Shown in pieces: positions 53,101 to 64,000 of a DNA stretch of 64,000 nt. Origin of the DNA: the human T2T-CHM13v2.0 reference genome, Homo sapiens; the NCBI RefSeq assembly GCF_009914755.1, contig NC_060939.1; one strand, given 5' to 3'. The number at the start of each line of letters is the position of its first letter. The first letter of the stretch is position 1. The notes beneath the pieces are model-generated. The model ran no database searches and had not been told where the DNA came from. It saw nothing but the letters and a program-made list of their open reading frames with translations. A program made the position numbers and the translations under genes.

Positions 53101-54539
53101 TAAGTTGCATAAACTTCGCCTTGATTTTCATGTGTAGTATAATACTGTCTACTAAAACTCCTTTTTGTTTCAACTAAGTACTCTCACATATATTGGTTTA
53201 TAATAATGGTTGTTATTATTTTTAAAGTGTTTTCCATTCAAAGAAAAGAAGTAAATTCCTACGTCAGAGTAACTAATGTGGCTGAAGAATAGGTATTAGC
53301 CAGAGAGGTCTAGATGATAAAATCAATCTTCTAGCCTCAAAGAAGCTCCATGAACATAGAGGAAGGCCAGGTGTCACACAGCTTTCCTTCACTCGAATTC
53401 ATTCTTGACTAGAGCCTGTATGCCTCTTCCAGGGACATTTAAACTCTTAAAGGATTTCTTATGATCTTCACTAAATACCTTAAGAAGAATGCCAACCAGT
53501 GCCCTTTTGTGTACTGGGACATATACTCGTGATTAAAACAGGTAACATGAACTCTGACTTTAAAATGTATTGTAGATATAAATGCTCTAAGCTAGAAAAG
53601 GTTTTCCACATCCACAGTCAATGATGGGAGCCTTTCATTCCTCAGAAATAATCCCTTTTTAGGTCATCAAGAAAGGGTACAACTGCTGCAGCTCATGATG
53701 CAATATCTTCATGAGCCCAGAGCACATACAAATCCTAAGGGAACTACCATAGTACAGCGCTCATTCTTGGCACCAGAACAAATGAAACACACTCTATCCT
53801 GCACACACCTGCCAGAGCAGGCCACTTTCCTCTTCTGTGAGATTTAAAAAGCTCCCCAAAATGTTATTACTCCCATCCCCAATACACAGAAAATAGGGAA
53901 AAGGCTGTTTCCAGTTCTTGGCCTTTAAACAACTCTAAATGTCAGTACTCACAGTGGCATATTACAAAGTAATAAACAGTGCTCAATTGAGGGCAAACCA
54001 CATATTGAGCTAATGAAGAGCTCACTGTGGTTAGGATTCGATCAAACGTAATAGCAGAACATAAGCACATTTTATCTGAATTCTGGAATGAATATACATG
54101 CTGCAATAACATTAAAAAAGCATGGCAGCCTGTTCCAAACCAGCCAGAATAGTTTTGTGCAAATTAGTGGGTCTTTGTGTGTTTGAATTCCCACCACCTA
54201 AGGGCAAACTCGATATGCATACTAATGACCTACAATTATCAAATTAAAAATAAAAATGCTAAAGGATGCCAGAAAGAACATCAGGGAAAGACCAACTCTC
54301 CCTTAACTTTTTACAAATAAATTTAAACGGTAAATTAGAAACACAAATAAATGTGAGTGGCTCTAGCATTCAAATGGAGTAAATGAATTGTGTAGGAGAT
54401 GAACCCCGTAACTTTTTGTTGTTGTTGTTGTTTTAAATTTCTTGACCAGCTCTTAGAAGATGATGATGTTTATCTCCCTGTTCTCGGCTGCCTGGTAGAA
54501 GAATGGCACGCAGGGTTTGCTGGGCAAGCCTGGGTGCTC

Positions 54540-62320
<7,781 letters not shown>

Positions 62321-62615
62321 CTGAGGCACATGCAGAGAGGAGGAGTTGGAAGAGGATTGTGGGGAGAGGTAGAGAGAACAATCATTAGGGCTGGGGTGTG
62401 TGTGGGCTGTCTCAGCTGGCAGAGGGTCACCCAGCCCCCACTGTGAGAGGAGGTTGGAGGGCTGGCCTGCAAAGTCACTGCACCTCAGCCCAGGGCCTCT
62501 TACTTCCAGATCCTTCAGGGTAACAGATGATGCAGGAGTAATAAAAATGAGAAATTAAAAAAAAACTTACATGGGAAATAGTTATGTATATGGAGAAAGT
62601 ATAAAAACAGCAAGG

Positions 62616-62897
62616 AGCCGGGCACAGTGGCTCACACATGTAATCCCAGCAGTTCAGGAGGCTGAGACAAGTGGATCACTTGAGGTCAGGAGATCAAGAT
62701 CAGCCTGGCCGACATGGTGAAACTGCATCTCTACTAAAAATACAAAGAGTAGCCAGGCGTAGTGGCAGGTGCCTGTAATCCCAGCTACTCAGGAGGCTAA
62801 GGCAAGAGAATCACTTGAACCCGGGAGGCAGAGGTTGTAGTGAGCCGAGATCGCACCACTCCACTCCAGTCTGAGTGACAGAGTGAGACTCTGTCTC

Positions 62898-62925
<28 letters not shown>
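62616..62925 (+). mobile_element. Alu, duplicated copy of 38338-38646
   Basis: Same sequence; tail 1 nt longer. Confidence 0.9.
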
Positions 62926-62930
<5 letters not shown>

Positions 62931-64000
62931 CAAATCCCACATGCCTGCTCTGTACGTTATTCCCAGATTACTTTTAAACTTTTAGGCGTCACCATTTCCA
63001 AGATAATAAAAGACGCGGGGAAGGAAAAAACCCAATCAATCAAGCAGGTGAAGAAGCAGACAGAAACAGGCTGAAGGTTAATGGCAGCAACATAAAACAA
63101 GGCAGAGGCCAAGCATCCCCCAAGCCAGAGAAGCCTCAGGGCCATGCACAGCTGTAGACAGCAAGCCAGAGAGGGGTCTTGGCACTGCCTCACCTTCCAC
63201 TTGTCCAATGGGGGAGCACTACCCCATTGGAGTGGTTAAGGTTGGACACCCGCACCTTCAGAATGTCCTGAATCTACAGGAGGTGACAAGGGAAAAACAA
63301 GGGCAGGGGGTGAAAGACAGAAGTGGCTTAGAGAGAAGCAAGAAAGTCAGGGTAGGAGGAAGATGTGGGTTCAGGAAAAGGAAACGCTGAAGAAGAGCAG
63401 AGGAGATTAAAACCATGGCCTGTGCCATTCTTCCAAATGGCCACCTGCTGCCTTGCCAGGGGCAGGAAAAAATAGATGGAAAAGTCCCCCGAGTGACGCA
63501 GTCACAGAGTGGAGTCAGCTGACCAATGCAGATCTTAATACGCTCACTGGACCCCTCTCCTCAGGCCCAGGACATGGGCGATGAATCTGGTAGAGCTCCA
63601 GACCTCCACCTCCATTAAAAAAAAACAGACTCCTGAGTAAGAGTTCACTTGAACTAAGGGGACTTCAGCTAAAAAACAAGTTTGAAAGACACTGATCTTA
63701 TCCAGTATCATCTTACAGAGGAGGAAACTGAGGCCCAGCAGAAGAAGTGATTTTTCTGTGGTCACCCAGCAAGCTGGTGGCAAGTTAGACCTTCTCTTGC
63801 TCCTAGTGCCTTGGGCTCTCCTCACCACACCCTGGGCCCCCTTCAGTGACTCCTAGAGGGACAGCCTGATGGCAAGTGGCTGTACTCATTAGCCCAGCTT
63901 CCCCTTGCGAGTGGGGATCAGGAAAATCAAACAGCAATGACCATTTCCTGGGTATCCTGGGTGTTTACAGCAGGCCACGTACTGGGGGTTAACATGAAAA

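Overview
Mammalian genomic DNA, recognisably human chr15q24.1 (identified from recalled protein sequences; no search was run). In order: (1) the 3' end of PML on + (exon 8a/8b giving the PML-IV C-terminus, exon 9 giving the PML-I C-terminus, and a ~2.8 kb 3' UTR); this haplotype encodes Leu645. (2) A repeat-rich interval with a near-perfect CTCF motif next to a C27 tract, a solo LTR12 (ERV9), Alus, MLT1 and L1 fragments. (3) A chr15 core-duplicon block: an unprocessed DNM1 3' pseudogene (+) tail-to-tail with a complete 18-exon GOLGA6A-type gene (-, 693 aa). (4) About 8 kb of mosaic spacer, then a second, almost identical GOLGA6 copy (exons 3-18; 5' end beyond the window). The strongest structural signal is a ~24.27 kb tandem duplication. 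Its two units are visibly diverged over the first ~2 kb and nearly identical afterwards, the signature of unequal crossover at an older flanking repeat. GOLGA6 also carries several disabled GOLGA2 exons and an in-frame ancestral C-terminus behind its stop codon. I found no prokaryotic-type systems, CRISPR arrays, tRNA or rRNA, and no convincingly new biological system.
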